The notes below the pieces were generated by a model. It searched no databases. It was not told where the DNA came from and saw only the letters and a list, made by a program, of their open reading frames with translations. Below, in pieces: positions 47,331-57,609 of a stretch of 63,206 nt of DNA. This DNA comes from Bacteroidales bacterium. GTDB taxonomy: Bacteria > Bacteroidota > Bacteroidia > Bacteroidales > VadinHA17. Position 1 is the stretch's first letter. Each line of letters opens with the position of its first letter. The stretch is taken from positions 1-63,206 of the forward strand of contig JADGPU010000006.1 of NCBI GenBank assembly GCA_017882305.1, written 5' to 3'. A program made the translations under genes and the position numbers.

Positions 47331-49928
47331 ATGAAGCTATTCCTTAAAATAGGGAAACTCTTTGCAATACTGATCCTCACAGTTTCAATTATTCTTCTTT
47401 CAGCCTCACTTCTGCTTAAAGATAATGTCGGATTTATAATACTGAGATCGCTCAATAAGAATCTCTCGACAAAGCTGGATGTGGGTTCATATAAGCTGTC
47501 GTTCCTAAGAAAATTCCCAAAAGCCTCCCTTGAACTTAAAGATGTGCTTGTTCATTCATCACCCGACTTCAATTCGCATGCATTTAAGGGAATCAATACC
47601 GATACGCTACTGTCGGCCCGTTATGTTTCATTGGAATTTAAAATAACGGATATCCTTAAAGGAATTTATACCATTGAAAGGATTGGTGCAAGATCAGGGA
47701 GGGCGAATTTTTTTACCGATACAACGGGCCATGTAAATTACAATATATCAGTAAAAAACAATTCTGCCAACAAAGAGGAAACTACGATTGATCTGAAACG
47801 AATTGATATTACTGATATATATGCTTATTATAACAGTCTGTCGGCTCATCTCATAATAGCCGGAGCAATTAAAAACGGCAAGCTGAAAAGCAGGATCACA
47901 GGTAATAATATCGATTTTACCGCAGGAACTGAAATTCAAATAAATCGTTTTCAGCTCTACAATTTCAGTATGGACAAACCTATCGTGGCTAAGCTTGATT
48001 TAAATCTCTTGAGCTCCAAAAGCGGAATACGGTTCAGAAAAGGCACAATAAATATTGATAATTATGATTTCGGAATTGAGGGGTTAGTCTCCTCTGATAA
48101 TAATCTGGATCTTGACATAACCGGTCATAATTTAGATATTGCAAAGATCCGTAATTACCTGCCTGAAAAGTATCTGAAGTCAGTCTCTGATTATGACCCT
48201 TCAGGGATAATAATTGTAAATAGTAAAATTAAAGGTCTGTTAAGCAGGACATCAAATCCACATATTGAAATTAACTGGCAACTCAGGAATGGGAAAATAT
48301 CTTATAGAAAATCTGATCTGACTTTTAAAAATCTTTCTTTCGCAGGACACTTATCAAATGGATCGAAAAACGGGTATAAGACGAGCTTTGTTTCAATTAC
48401 TGATTTTAAAGCAAAACTCGGATCTTCAGAATATACCGGAGCAGTAACTTTAAAAGATTTTAATAATCCCCTTATTGATCTTTCACTGAAAGGCAGAGTT
48501 TTCCCTGCCGAGGTGAAGGAGTTTTTCAATATTAAGCAAATTTCGGCAGCTGGGGGTTCTGTAGATCTCGATTTGAAGCTTATTAACTGTACCTGGTCAA
48601 ATAAGAGTTTATCTCTTAATGAATTTATTGATATGAAACCTGAATCCAGTCTGGATTTTAATTCATTGACTCTTGGGCTGAATAATAACAAGATTCTTTT
48701 CAGTAAGGTGATCGGGAATGTGACAATTCAAAATTCAATCAAGGCAAAAAAAATTCAATTCAACTACAAAGGGCAGAATATCAAAGTTGACGGGGAATTC
48801 AGGAATCTGGCCGAATGGCTTTCAGGAAGAACCGTAAGGATGACGGCAAAAGCTAATGTTGCTTTCGATAAACTAATTCCGGAAACTTTTTTTAAGGAAA
48901 GTCATGCTGCGGATAAATCAGATCGCAATCAAAATGCTGTTACTTTGCCCAGAGACATTATACTTGACATAAATTTCCGAATTGACAGTTTGTCTTATAA
49001 AACTTTTTATTCATCCAAAATTGAAGGGACCCTGAATTGCCAGCCAGGGATATTGACTTTTAAATCATTAAAAATGAACTCATTAGATGGCATGATCTCA
49101 GGTACTTGTTTTTTTGTTCAGAATAATAATAAATCCATAATTTCAAAGGGTAGCTTTATCGTCACAAACATTGATGTAAATAAAGCCTTCACGACTTTTC
49201 ACAATTTCGGTCAAAGTTTCCTGAAAGCTGAGAATATAAAAGGCACACTATCCGGCTCTCTCTCGCTCCTGCTCCCAATGGATTCAGTGTTGAACTATAA
49301 TATAAAGACGCTGACCGCTGAAGGGAAATACCACCTTGTCAACGGAGCACTTATCAATTTTGATCCGGTCAAACAGCTCTCCTCATTTATTGAACTCTCA
49401 GAACTGGAAAAAATAAGTTTTGAACAGCTTGATAATGACTTTTTTATAAAAAATAATTGGCTGTATATCCCCCAGATGGAGGTTAAATCCTCTGCCGCCG
49501 ACTTATCTGTAAACGGGAAGCATAGTTTTGATAACGACTATGAATATCATGTTAAAATACTGTTATCCGAAATCCTGTCTAAGAAAAGAATAAAAAACAA
49601 AAGTAATGTAACCGAATTCGGTGTTGTGGAAGATGATGGACTTGGCCGCACCTCCCTGCTGTTGAAAATTATAGGTAAAGGGGATAAGGCTAAAGTAGGA
49701 TATGACATGAAAGCTGCTGGTACGCAAGTAAAAAATGACATTAAAAAGGAGAGGAACTCACTCAAGACAATTCTGAACCAGGAATATGGATGGTATAAGA
49801 ATGATTCTACACTAAATCAGAAACCTCCGGAGAAGAAATCCCGGTTCAGGATTAGATGGGAAGATGGCGATACGGTAAAGACAACACCTGACCCTCCGGC
49901 TGTAAAAAACCCTGTAAAGAAGAAATAA
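47331..49928 (+). CDS. AsmA-like (bridge-like lipid transfer) protein
   Basis: N-terminal anchor, SF.R.FP, long beta-groove repeats, G.H.FDN.YEY C-terminal region. Confidence 0.8.
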   Translation: MKLFLKIGKLFAILILTVSIILLSASLLLKDNVGFIILRSLNKNLSTKLDVGSYKLSFLRKFPKASLELKDVLVHSSPDFNSHAFKGINTDTLLSARYVSLEFKITDILKGIYTIERIGARSGRANFFTDTTGHVNYNISVKNNSANKEETTIDLKRIDITDIYAYYNSLSAHLIIAGAIKNGKLKSRITGNNIDFTAGTEIQINRFQLYNFSMDKPIVAKLDLNLLSSKSGIRFRKGTINIDNYDFGIEGLVSSDNNLDLDITGHNLDIAKIRNYLPEKYLKSVSDYDPSGIIIVNSKIKGLLSRTSNPHIEINWQLRNGKISYRKSDLTFKNLSFAGHLSNGSKNGYKTSFVSITDFKAKLGSSEYTGAVTLKDFNNPLIDLSLKGRVFPAEVKEFFNIKQISAAGGSVDLDLKLINCTWSNKSLSLNEFIDMKPESSLDFNSLTLGLNNNKILFSKVIGNVTIQNSIKAKKIQFNYKGQNIKVDGEFRNLAEWLSGRTVRMTAKANVAFDKLIPETFFKESHAADKSDRNQNAVTLPRDIILDINFRIDSLSYKTFYSSKIEGTLNCQPGILTFKSLKMNSLDGMISGTCFFVQNNNKSIISKGSFIVTNIDVNKAFTTFHNFGQSFLKAENIKGTLSGSLSLLLPMDSVLNYNIKTLTAEGKYHLVNGALINFDPVKQLSSFIELSELEKISFEQLDNDFFIKNNWLYIPQMEVKSSAADLSVNGKHSFDNDYEYHVKILLSEILSKKRIKNKSNVTEFGVVEDDGLGRTSLLLKIIGKGDKAKVGYDMKAAGTQVKNDIKKERNSLKTILNQEYGWYKNDSTLNQKPPEKKSRFRIRWEDGDTVKTTPDPPAVKNPVKKK

Positions 49929-49966
49929 TAAAATAACGCAGGTTTCTAAGATCAAATTAGCATATG

Positions 49967-50010
49967 ACCCCTTTCCTAATCTTCCCCCTTGGGGAAACAG
50001 GAAAGAGGGT
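49967..50010. repeat. CCCC/GGGG hairpin element (possible terminator of the asmA-like gene)
   Basis: ACCC-CTTTCCT-aatc-TTCCCC-ctt-GGGGAA-ac-AGGAAAG-AGGGT. Confidence 0.6.
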
Positions 50011-50066
50011 AAATTGGAATTTTAGGATTAATTTTATTTGTAATATAATATCTCAAATTCAGGCTA

Positions 50067-51224
50067 TTGAAAATTTTTGGTCATAAAACTTTCTGGAAGT
50101 TGTTTTTACTTCTTCTTGTAGTACTCATAGGAATGGGTTCTCTCATTTATACTGAAACCCTTGTTACGAAACTGAAGGTAGAGGAGAGAAAAAGCGTGGA
50201 GTTGTGGGCTGAAGCTGAAAGGCTTATTATACTTTCCGATTCGAGTCAGAATGTTGATTTCCCCTATTCAATAATTGATAATAATAATACTGTACCTGTA
50301 ATTCTTACTGATGAATCTGACAATATCATATCTGCAAGAAATTTCAATCCGGAAAAGGTTAAGGATACAAAATATATGATAAAGACCCTTAAAAAAATCA
50401 AGGAGAAAAATGAACCGATAAATATCAAACTGGAAAATGGTCACTTTAACCTTATTTACTATAAGGACAGTATTATACTTACAATGTTGATATATTACCC
50501 TTATACACAACTGGGAATAATTATCTTTTTTATTTTTGTCTCTTACCTGGCATTCCGTTCTTCCCGAAAAGCTGAGCAAAACCAGGTCTGGGTGGGGATG
50601 TCGAAGGAGACTGCCCATCAACTTGGTACTCCGACATCATCACTTGCCGGTTGGATAGAAGTATTACAACAAAAGTACCCCGAAATATCAATTACCAGAG
50701 AACTTGCCCTTGATGTTGAAAGACTTGAAAAAGTAACTGAAAGGTTTTCCAGGATCGGTTCAAAACCTTCACTTATAAGCGATAATGTTACTGAAATAAT
50801 TTCACGGACCGTTGACTATTTGAAATTAAGAACATCATCGAAGGTTAAAATAATTATTGATTATAATCCGGATAAAGAGATTAAGGTACCGCTAAATTCC
50901 GCCCTGTTTGAGTGGGTCATTGAAAATGTTCTTAAAAACGCAGTTGACTCAATGGAGGGGAATGGAGATATAACTGTGCGTATCTCAGAAACCGAAAAGC
51001 AAGCATTGATTGATATATCAGATACCGGAAAGGGAATTCCAAAATCAGCTTTTAATAAAATTTTTAATCCCGGTTTCACAACCAAACAAAGAGGCTGGGG
51101 TTTGGGTCTTTCGCTGGCAAAAAGGATAATTGAGGAATATCATAATGGTAAGATCTTTGTAAGACATTCGGAGGTAGGTAAGGGTTCATGCATCAGAATT
51201 GTAATGACCAAGGCTAAATTCTAA
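50067..51224 (+). CDS. Membrane sensor histidine kinase
   Basis: Two TM; KETAHQLGTP H-box; EN..KNA.D, DTGKGI, FTTK.RGWGLGL. Confidence 0.93.
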   Translation: MKIFGHKTFWKLFLLLLVVLIGMGSLIYTETLVTKLKVEERKSVELWAEAERLIILSDSSQNVDFPYSIIDNNNTVPVILTDESDNIISARNFNPEKVKDTKYMIKTLKKIKEKNEPINIKLENGHFNLIYYKDSIILTMLIYYPYTQLGIIIFFIFVSYLAFRSSRKAEQNQVWVGMSKETAHQLGTPTSSLAGWIEVLQQKYPEISITRELALDVERLEKVTERFSRIGSKPSLISDNVTEIISRTVDYLKLRTSSKVKIIIDYNPDKEIKVPLNSALFEWVIENVLKNAVDSMEGNGDITVRISETEKQALIDISDTGKGIPKSAFNKIFNPGFTTKQRGWGLGLSLAKRIIEEYHNGKIFVRHSEVGKGSCIRIVMTKAKF

Positions 51225-51245
51225 TTGCTATATTTGCAGCCCATT

Positions 51246-52523
51246 ATGAAGAGAAATGATATTGAGATTATGGCCCCTGCGGGATCCTATGAATCACTTA
51301 TGGCTGCGATTCAGGGGGGCGCCGACTCTGTTTATTTCGGAGTTGAACAACTCAATATGCGGGCTGCCTCATCAAATAATTTCACAATTGACGACCTCCG
51401 GACTATTGTCTCAATCTGCAAAACAAACGGGCTTAAAAGCTATCTGACAGTAAACGTGGTTGTTTATGACCATGAAATTGAACAGATGCACAGGATAATC
51501 GATGCAGCAGTTGAGAGTGGTATTACTGCTGTTATAGCTTCCGATCTCTCGGTAATTAATTATTCTTTTGCTGCAGGAATTGAGATTCATCTTTCAACAC
51601 AGTTGAATATCACAAATATTGAGGCATTGAAATTCTATGCTCAATGGGCTGATGTTGTAGTTTTAGCCCGCGAATTGAATCTTGATCAGGTAACACATAT
51701 TTACAATAGTATCAGAGGCCAGAATATTAAAGGTCCAAAGGGTGATCTGATTAAGATCGAAATGTTTGCTCATGGTGCTCTTTGTATGGCTATTTCAGGT
51801 AAGTGCTATCTAAGCCTTCATGAAAACAATAAGTCTGCAAACAGGGGAGAATGCTACCAGACTTGTCGCAAATCCTATATTGCCACCAGTACGGAATCGG
51901 GTTATGAGCTTGAGATTAATAATGAATATATTATGTCTCCAAAAGATCTCTGCACAATCGGATTTCTCGATAAAATGATTGATGCAGGCGTCAGGGTCCT
52001 AAAGATTGAAGGAAGAGCGCGGTCAGCAGAATATGTCAGAGAAGTATCTTCATGCTATAGTGAGGCTGTAAATGCCATGGAAAACGGAACATATAATAAA
52101 GAGAAAACGGAGGCCTGGAGGAGCAGACTTTCGACAGTTTTTAACAGGGGATTCTGGGATGGTTATTATCTCGGCCAGACAATGGGAGAATGGAACACAA
52201 ATTATGGTTCCAGTGCTACAAAAAGAAAGATTTATCTTGGAAAGATTACAAATTATTTTACAAAACTTAATGTTGCCGAAATCAAACTCGAAAACGGGAA
52301 TCTGAATAAAGGGGATACAATTCTTATTACTGGTCCTACTACCGGTGTTATTGAATATCAAGTTGATGAGATCCGTGTTGACCTTAAGGTGACAGAGAAA
52401 GCATTAAAAGGAGAATTGTGTTCAATTAAAAACCCTGAATATCTCAGAAGATCCGACAAGGTCTATAAGTGGGTCGATTCTAAAGAGATTACCACCCTCG
52501 GGGGCAAATTAAGTCCATTTTAA
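51246..52523 (+). CDS. U32 family Fe-S protein (TrhP/RlhA-like RNA hydroxylation)
   Basis: GADSVYFG, HLSTQ.N, LAREL, GALC.AISG.C...NRG.C.Q.CR, KIEGRAR; TATATTTG -7 box supports ATG 51246. Confidence 0.88.
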   Translation: MKRNDIEIMAPAGSYESLMAAIQGGADSVYFGVEQLNMRAASSNNFTIDDLRTIVSICKTNGLKSYLTVNVVVYDHEIEQMHRIIDAAVESGITAVIASDLSVINYSFAAGIEIHLSTQLNITNIEALKFYAQWADVVVLARELNLDQVTHIYNSIRGQNIKGPKGDLIKIEMFAHGALCMAISGKCYLSLHENNKSANRGECYQTCRKSYIATSTESGYELEINNEYIMSPKDLCTIGFLDKMIDAGVRVLKIEGRARSAEYVREVSSCYSEAVNAMENGTYNKEKTEAWRSRLSTVFNRGFWDGYYLGQTMGEWNTNYGSSATKRKIYLGKITNYFTKLNVAEIKLENGNLNKGDTILITGPTTGVIEYQVDEIRVDLKVTEKALKGELCSIKNPEYLRRSDKVYKWVDSKEITTLGGKLSPF

Positions 52524-53546
52524 AGTCTTTGACACTTCCAGTATCTTCAGGGCATTGGATTCAATCTCATCAGTATCAGTATTAATATAAATTATGTTTT
52601 TGTTGTTCTTCTTCTTTAATCCAAACATATATGCCTTGTCGTAATAATAAAGAACTATTTCGATTGCCTTTGCAAAATCCCCTGTCTCAACTGCATTGAT
52701 TGCATCTCTTGTTTTATTACCGCCAAGTCGCTTACTTATCTTTAAAACAGATGCATTAAGAGATTCCGGCGGGTAAGTTGAATACTCTTCCATAAGCCGG
52801 GGAAGTCTCGTCCTGACATCCATCACAAGTACGATTGATGGGGTTTCCTGCATATTAAGATAAAAAGTGTCAGGCATAAATACTGAACCTATATTCTGGC
52901 TTTCATCCTCGACCCAAAATGGGAATTCACTATCCAGCTTCTTCCAGTCATTAAAAAGCAGATTTGCGAATTGTTCAGTCGTCGGTTGAGGGGGCTGTCC
53001 TAAAGCTCCAAAAGCAGAGCCTTTGTGGTTTGCAAGCCGCTCAAGATCAAGGACCTGTTCCCCTGACGACTTAAGATACCTGAGAATATGAGTTTTACCG
53101 CTTCCTGTCATTCCTCCGAGTACTATTATTTTTCTTTTCTCAGAAAGACTTTCTAAAATATACCGGCGATATGACTTATATCCTCCATCCAATACTTTAA
53201 CCTCGACATCACCTAATGAAAAGAGCCAGGTCATTGCTTCCGATCTCATACCTCCCCTCCAGCAATGAACCAGAAGGTTTCCGTTATTGGAGATCTTAAG
53301 ACCTTGTTCCAGTTTGGAAACGAGAAGAGGGCCTGCGTGTTTAAGCCCCTCAATAATTGCAGGCAACCTGCCCTCTTTTTTAAATTTTGTCCCAACTGCT
53401 TCCCTCTCTTTATCATCAAAGAGAGGAATATTGACTGCTCCTGGAATATGACCAAATTTAAATTCAGAAGGAGATCTTACATCTGCAATTTGAATGGTCT
53501 CTGAAAGTTTAAGGAACTTTATTATATCAATTTTCTGAGCCGTCAT
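52509..53546 (-). CDS. mnmH: tRNA 2-selenouridine(34) synthase
   Basis: DVRSP.EF..GHIPGA, CWRGGMRS, GGYK.YR, G.TGSGKT, LA.HKGS.FG, EDES..IG, I.KRLG, YYD. Confidence 0.93.
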   Translation of the reverse strand: MTAQKIDIIKFLKLSETIQIADVRSPSEFKFGHIPGAVNIPLFDDKEREAVGTKFKKEGRLPAIIEGLKHAGPLLVSKLEQGLKISNNGNLLVHCWRGGMRSEAMTWLFSLGDVEVKVLDGGYKSYRRYILESLSEKRKIIVLGGMTGSGKTHILRYLKSSGEQVLDLERLANHKGSAFGALGQPPQPTTEQFANLLFNDWKKLDSEFPFWVEDESQNIGSVFMPDTFYLNMQETPSIVLVMDVRTRLPRLMEEYSTYPPESLNASVLKISKRLGGNKTRDAINAVETGDFAKAIEIVLYYYDKAYMFGLKKKNNKNIIYINTDTDEIESNALKILEVSKTLKWT

Positions 53547-53568
53547 GATTTTATTCTGGTAAAGTATT

Positions 53569-53665
53569 CCTTTGTGTTACTTTGTGCAATACTTTGTGTT
53601 GCTTGGTGGTTAATTTTATTTCTACCACAAAGGGGCACAAAGATTATCACGAAGGTTCACAAAGG
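53569..53665. repeat. Palindromic element of 10-12-nt units (CTTTGTG / CACAAAG)
   Basis: CCTTTGTGTTA CTTTGTGCAATA CTTTGTGTTG CTTGGTGGT ... ACCACAAAG GGGCACAAAG ATTATCACGAAG GTTCACAAAGG. Confidence 0.85.
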
Positions 53666-53692
53666 ATTTTAAATAGCCAATGCTCAAAACAT

Positions 53693-56545
53693 TTATTTTT
53701 TAAAATATCTGGCAAAGAGCCTTTTGAGTTCATCAATCCTGACAGGTTTAGAAATAAAATCTTTAATTCCGGAAAGTTCGGCTTTCCTTCTTGTCTCAGG
53801 CATATTATCTGCAGTAAAGGCAACGATTAAAACTGATTTGTCAATTTTTAAAATTCGTTGAGCAGATTCGAATCCATCCATCTCCGGCATGATAAGATCC
53901 ATGAAAATAAGATCAAATTTTTGGGCTTTTGTCATCAGATAACCTGCATAACCATCATCAGAAAGTTCGAAGGAATAGCCCAGGCTTTTCAGCATTGTCC
54001 CGATAACGTTCTGATTCATTTTGTTATCCTCAATTATCAATATTTTAATATCGGTTCTTACACTGCCAATTTCAACCGATGAAGTCTGATCCTCCAGAAA
54101 TGGAAAACTATTCTTTATTATAGTCAGTAACTCGCTGACATCAAATGGTTTTATAAGATAATGATCTATTCCAAGCGTTATGCAATTAAGCCAATTCCCC
54201 TTTATGTCATTTGAGCTTATCATAAACATAATAAAGTTGCCCGAAAGCTTGTTTTCCCATATCACCCTTGCGGCATCAAATCCATTAAATTCCTCATCAT
54301 CAAATATTATAACCAGGTTATATTTTTCTTCAGGATAAGTCATATTTGCCCTGATCTGATTCACTGTTGATCGCTGGAAAGTCGTGATTGTAACTGTAAG
54401 TCCCAGCATGTGTAGTGCACCTAAGATCTCCTCGTCACGGTTCTGATTTCCTGTTATTACGAGTGTTCTGATTCTATCAAAAGTTTTTATCTTCTCAAAT
54501 GAAAGTTCTTTTATTTGTTTGTCGTTTGAGTAAGTGAGCAATGTAAATGATACTTTAGTCCCCAGATCCCCCGATATCCCCGACGGGCTGACGGCAGACA
54601 GTTCTCCTCCCATAAGCTCAACAAGCTGTTTTGACAGAATAGTTCCAAACTCTGAGTCATCATTTGATCTTACTTTCTTTGATTCAATATTTACAAAGTC
54701 GCCAAAGATTTTCTTAAGACTCGCTTTATCAAAACTTCTGCCGGTATCGAGCAACTCGAATCCAAGAGTTATTATCCCGTTTTTGCTGTTTTTAAGCATG
54801 CACTTCAGGCGTATTTCACCTTGTTCTGTATTCCGGACAGAGTGGTTGATCAGGTTTGTAAGAACTTGCCTCAATCTGAAGGGGTCACCAATGATGCTTT
54901 CGGGAACATTATCGTCAACCGTGCAAATTAAATTCAGATCGTTAGCAGCTATTTTTGTCTTTGCCAGATCTGTGCAATAATTAATCTCCTCCCTTAAATC
55001 AAAAGGAACCTCATCGAGTATCATTTTACCCGATTCAATTCTGGAAAAATCGAGGATGTCATTAATAATGCTGAGGAGTACTTCTGTTGAACGGTGCAGG
55101 AGGCCCACAATTTCTTTTGCCTCTGATGTAAGATGATATTTCTTAAGTACATCTGTCATACCGATAATCCCATTCAGCGGGGTTCTGATCTCATAACTCA
55201 TCCGTGCCAGAAACTCCGACTTTGCCTCATTTGCCTTCGCTTCCTGTTTTCGTGCTGATTCAAGCATAGTTACATCAATAAGTATCTCCATCGTAGCTTC
55301 TTCTCCCATGAACATCACTTGTATGCTGTTTCTGTAAAGCACAATTTCCCCTATTTCTTTTTTGATGATTACAAACTGGTCGGGGTTAAAAGATCCACCA
55401 AGGTTTTTTGAATAATATTCACTTTCCCCCGGCAGAGATGATTCAGGAAAGATTTTACCCTTCATCTCTGTTTCGCTCAAATAAGAATATTGACCAGCAG
55501 CAACTTTATTCGCTTTAAGTATTTCCCTGTTTTTATTATGAACAATGACGCCTACAGGCATTTCTTCAATCAGTTTAAAGAGCATTTTTTCAGAGGTTCT
55601 TAATCCTTTCATTTCACGTGCCTGGGCTTTAATATGTCGCCAGAATAAATAAATAATTGCCTGGATAAGTAATAGTGTCCCCAATACAATGAGAAGAGAG
55701 TTCCTGATTATATATATATGAAAAAGACTTGTGGGAGCAGAAAAAACGAGCCCGAGATCTCTTTTTTGCAAAAGTTGTGTTGAATAATAGGACGATATTA
55801 ATTCTTCCTCTTTACCATTAATGGTAGCTTTATGAATAAGATTTTCTACTGATCCTGCGGCCAGACCTCTGGTGATTTTATCCAGCTGCGAGTATACGAC
55901 CCTGTTCTGATTATTATCGAAGATTATTTCTCCAGAGTCATTAACAACCCATTGCCATTGATATTCCTTAAGATTAAATTCTGAAAAAATAGCTTTAAAG
56001 TATTTCTGATAGTCAACAGTGACAACAATGTTGCCAATGATTTCATTAGTTTTTTTATTCAGAACAGGCAGGTAATAGTTATATTTTCGGTTTTCCTGAA
56101 CGAGTTTCTCAACACTGTCTATTTGAGTCTGGACATGAAGGATAAATGGTTGTTCAAGCCACTCCTCACTATCATTATCTCTTTTTAAAGTGAATTCATT
56201 TCTATTATTATCATACAATTTAATCCCAATTATAAACTCTTTGTACTTAGAGAAGAACGCTTTCATCTTCTCTTTTGCCCTTGATTGATTCTCGGGACTA
56301 GTAAAAAACATGCTAAGGTCTTCTGAAAAATTGATACGGTTAAAATCGCTGACAAATCCGTTGTTTGTGCTATCGACCGCGAGGCCAACAATCTGCACCT
56401 GCCGGTCAAGTAATTCAACAATATAACTTATCTGCTTATTATACATGCTTTTATAAAATATATAATTAGCAATTAGTATTATCAGAAATGCTGAATAAAC
56501 AAGAATAAGGATTCTTCTCATCTGAATAATATGTTTTTCTCCCAA
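53693..56545 (-). CDS. Hybrid sensor kinase-like protein (pseudokinase) with PAS-like and two receiver domains
   Basis: Two TM, periplasmic domain, HisKA with SYEIRTPLNG (H to Y), degenerate HATPase, intact terminal receiver DLIFMDLIMP. Confidence 0.85.
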   Translation of the reverse strand: MGEKHIIQMRRILILVYSAFLIILIANYIFYKSMYNKQISYIVELLDRQVQIVGLAVDSTNNGFVSDFNRINFSEDLSMFFTSPENQSRAKEKMKAFFSKYKEFIIGIKLYDNNRNEFTLKRDNDSEEWLEQPFILHVQTQIDSVEKLVQENRKYNYYLPVLNKKTNEIIGNIVVTVDYQKYFKAIFSEFNLKEYQWQWVVNDSGEIIFDNNQNRVVYSQLDKITRGLAAGSVENLIHKATINGKEEELISSYYSTQLLQKRDLGLVFSAPTSLFHIYIIRNSLLIVLGTLLLIQAIIYLFWRHIKAQAREMKGLRTSEKMLFKLIEEMPVGVIVHNKNREILKANKVAAGQYSYLSETEMKGKIFPESSLPGESEYYSKNLGGSFNPDQFVIIKKEIGEIVLYRNSIQVMFMGEEATMEILIDVTMLESARKQEAKANEAKSEFLARMSYEIRTPLNGIIGMTDVLKKYHLTSEAKEIVGLLHRSTEVLLSIINDILDFSRIESGKMILDEVPFDLREEINYCTDLAKTKIAANDLNLICTVDDNVPESIIGDPFRLRQVLTNLINHSVRNTEQGEIRLKCMLKNSKNGIITLGFELLDTGRSFDKASLKKIFGDFVNIESKKVRSNDDSEFGTILSKQLVELMGGELSAVSPSGISGDLGTKVSFTLLTYSNDKQIKELSFEKIKTFDRIRTLVITGNQNRDEEILGALHMLGLTVTITTFQRSTVNQIRANMTYPEEKYNLVIIFDDEEFNGFDAARVIWENKLSGNFIMFMISSNDIKGNWLNCITLGIDHYLIKPFDVSELLTIIKNSFPFLEDQTSSVEIGSVRTDIKILIIEDNKMNQNVIGTMLKSLGYSFELSDDGYAGYLMTKAQKFDLIFMDLIMPEMDGFESAQRILKIDKSVLIVAFTADNMPETRRKAELSGIKDFISKPVRIDELKRLFARYFKK

Positions 56546-56583
56546 AGAATATAAAGATAATTTATAAATGCAATAATTTCATT

Positions 56584-57510
56584 TCATCTGTACTTGCCAT
56601 TATCTCCATCCATAATATTCAGATAGCTTTTGTACCTGAGAAAAGCGATCTCCCCCTTCTCCACTGCACTCCTCACTGCACATCCCGGTTCATCAAGATG
56701 AAGACAATTATTAAACCTGCACTCCCTTGATTTTCCGAAAATCTCGCGAAAAAAATGGTAAATCTCATTCCGTTCCATATCAACAACGCCAAAACCTTTG
56801 ATTCCAGGAGTATCAATTACAAATGCGTCAAATGGCATCTTATGCATTTCAGGAAAGGTAGTGATATGCTTCCCCTGCTTATGATAATCTGAAATCTCGG
56901 CGGTTTTGAGATTAAGAAGCGGATTAAAAGCATTTAAAAGTGTAGTTTTCCCCACACCGGAATTACCCGATATCAGGCTGGTTTTTCCCTTCATCAAATT
57001 TTTAAGAACTTCAAGGTTTGTAAACTTTTTAAGGGAGAGCCTGATACATTCATAGCCGATATTATTGTACATTGACTCGAGGTACTCCATCTTAGCTAAC
57101 TCAACCTTACCATAAAGATCAGTTTTATTTATAATTATTTTGGCCGGAACCCGGTAAGCTTCTGCTGTGATCAGAAACCTGTCTATGAATTCTACCTGTG
57201 TCTCAGGAAGAATAATAGTGACCATGAGAAATACCTGATCTATATTTGCAGCAAGTATCTGGGAATGCCTTGAGAGGTTTGAAGCCTTTCTTAAGATCCA
57301 ATTCCTCCGGTCCAGTACCTCTGTTATAATTCCTGAATTGGTCTTTTTGTCTGTTTCGAACAGGATATTATCACCGACAGCGATAGGATTTGTAGTACGG
57401 AATTCTTTAATCCTGAGTTTCCCTTTAATGGAACAATTAATTATCATTCCATCGCCATAGAGTACTTTGTACCGACTGCCCGTAGATTTTAATACTACTC
57501 CCTTTTCCAA
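56584..57510 (-). CDS. rsgA: Ribosome small subunit-dependent GTPase A
   Basis: AANID, NKTD, GNSGVGKT, GKH.TT, DTPG, C.F.NC.H..EPGC; TTG start. Confidence 0.96.
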   Translation of the reverse strand: MEKGVVLKSTGSRYKVLYGDGMIINCSIKGKLRIKEFRTTNPIAVGDNILFETDKKTNSGIITEVLDRRNWILRKASNLSRHSQILAANIDQVFLMVTIILPETQVEFIDRFLITAEAYRVPAKIIINKTDLYGKVELAKMEYLESMYNNIGYECIRLSLKKFTNLEVLKNLMKGKTSLISGNSGVGKTTLLNAFNPLLNLKTAEISDYHKQGKHITTFPEMHKMPFDAFVIDTPGIKGFGVVDMERNEIYHFFREIFGKSRECRFNNCLHLDEPGCAVRSAVEKGEIAFLRYKSYLNIMDGDNGKYR

Positions 57511-57553
57511 TAGACAACAATTTGCAACAAAAATAAGGAAATAAATTAAACTA

Positions 57554-57581
57554 GTAGAGACGCCTAATTGGGCGTCTCTAC
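57554..57581. repeat. GTAG-type REP-like palindrome (copy 5, 28 bp)
   Basis: GTAGAGACGCCTAATTGGGCGTCTCTAC. Confidence 0.9.
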
Positions 57582-57609
57582 AATATTTTGATTACAATTT
57601 GAACACCTG

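Noticed and set aside
53582-53830. 82-aa ORF containing 'TTKGHKD..EGSQR'
   Set aside because: Translation of the CACAAAG repeat arm plus antisense of the kinase-like gene.
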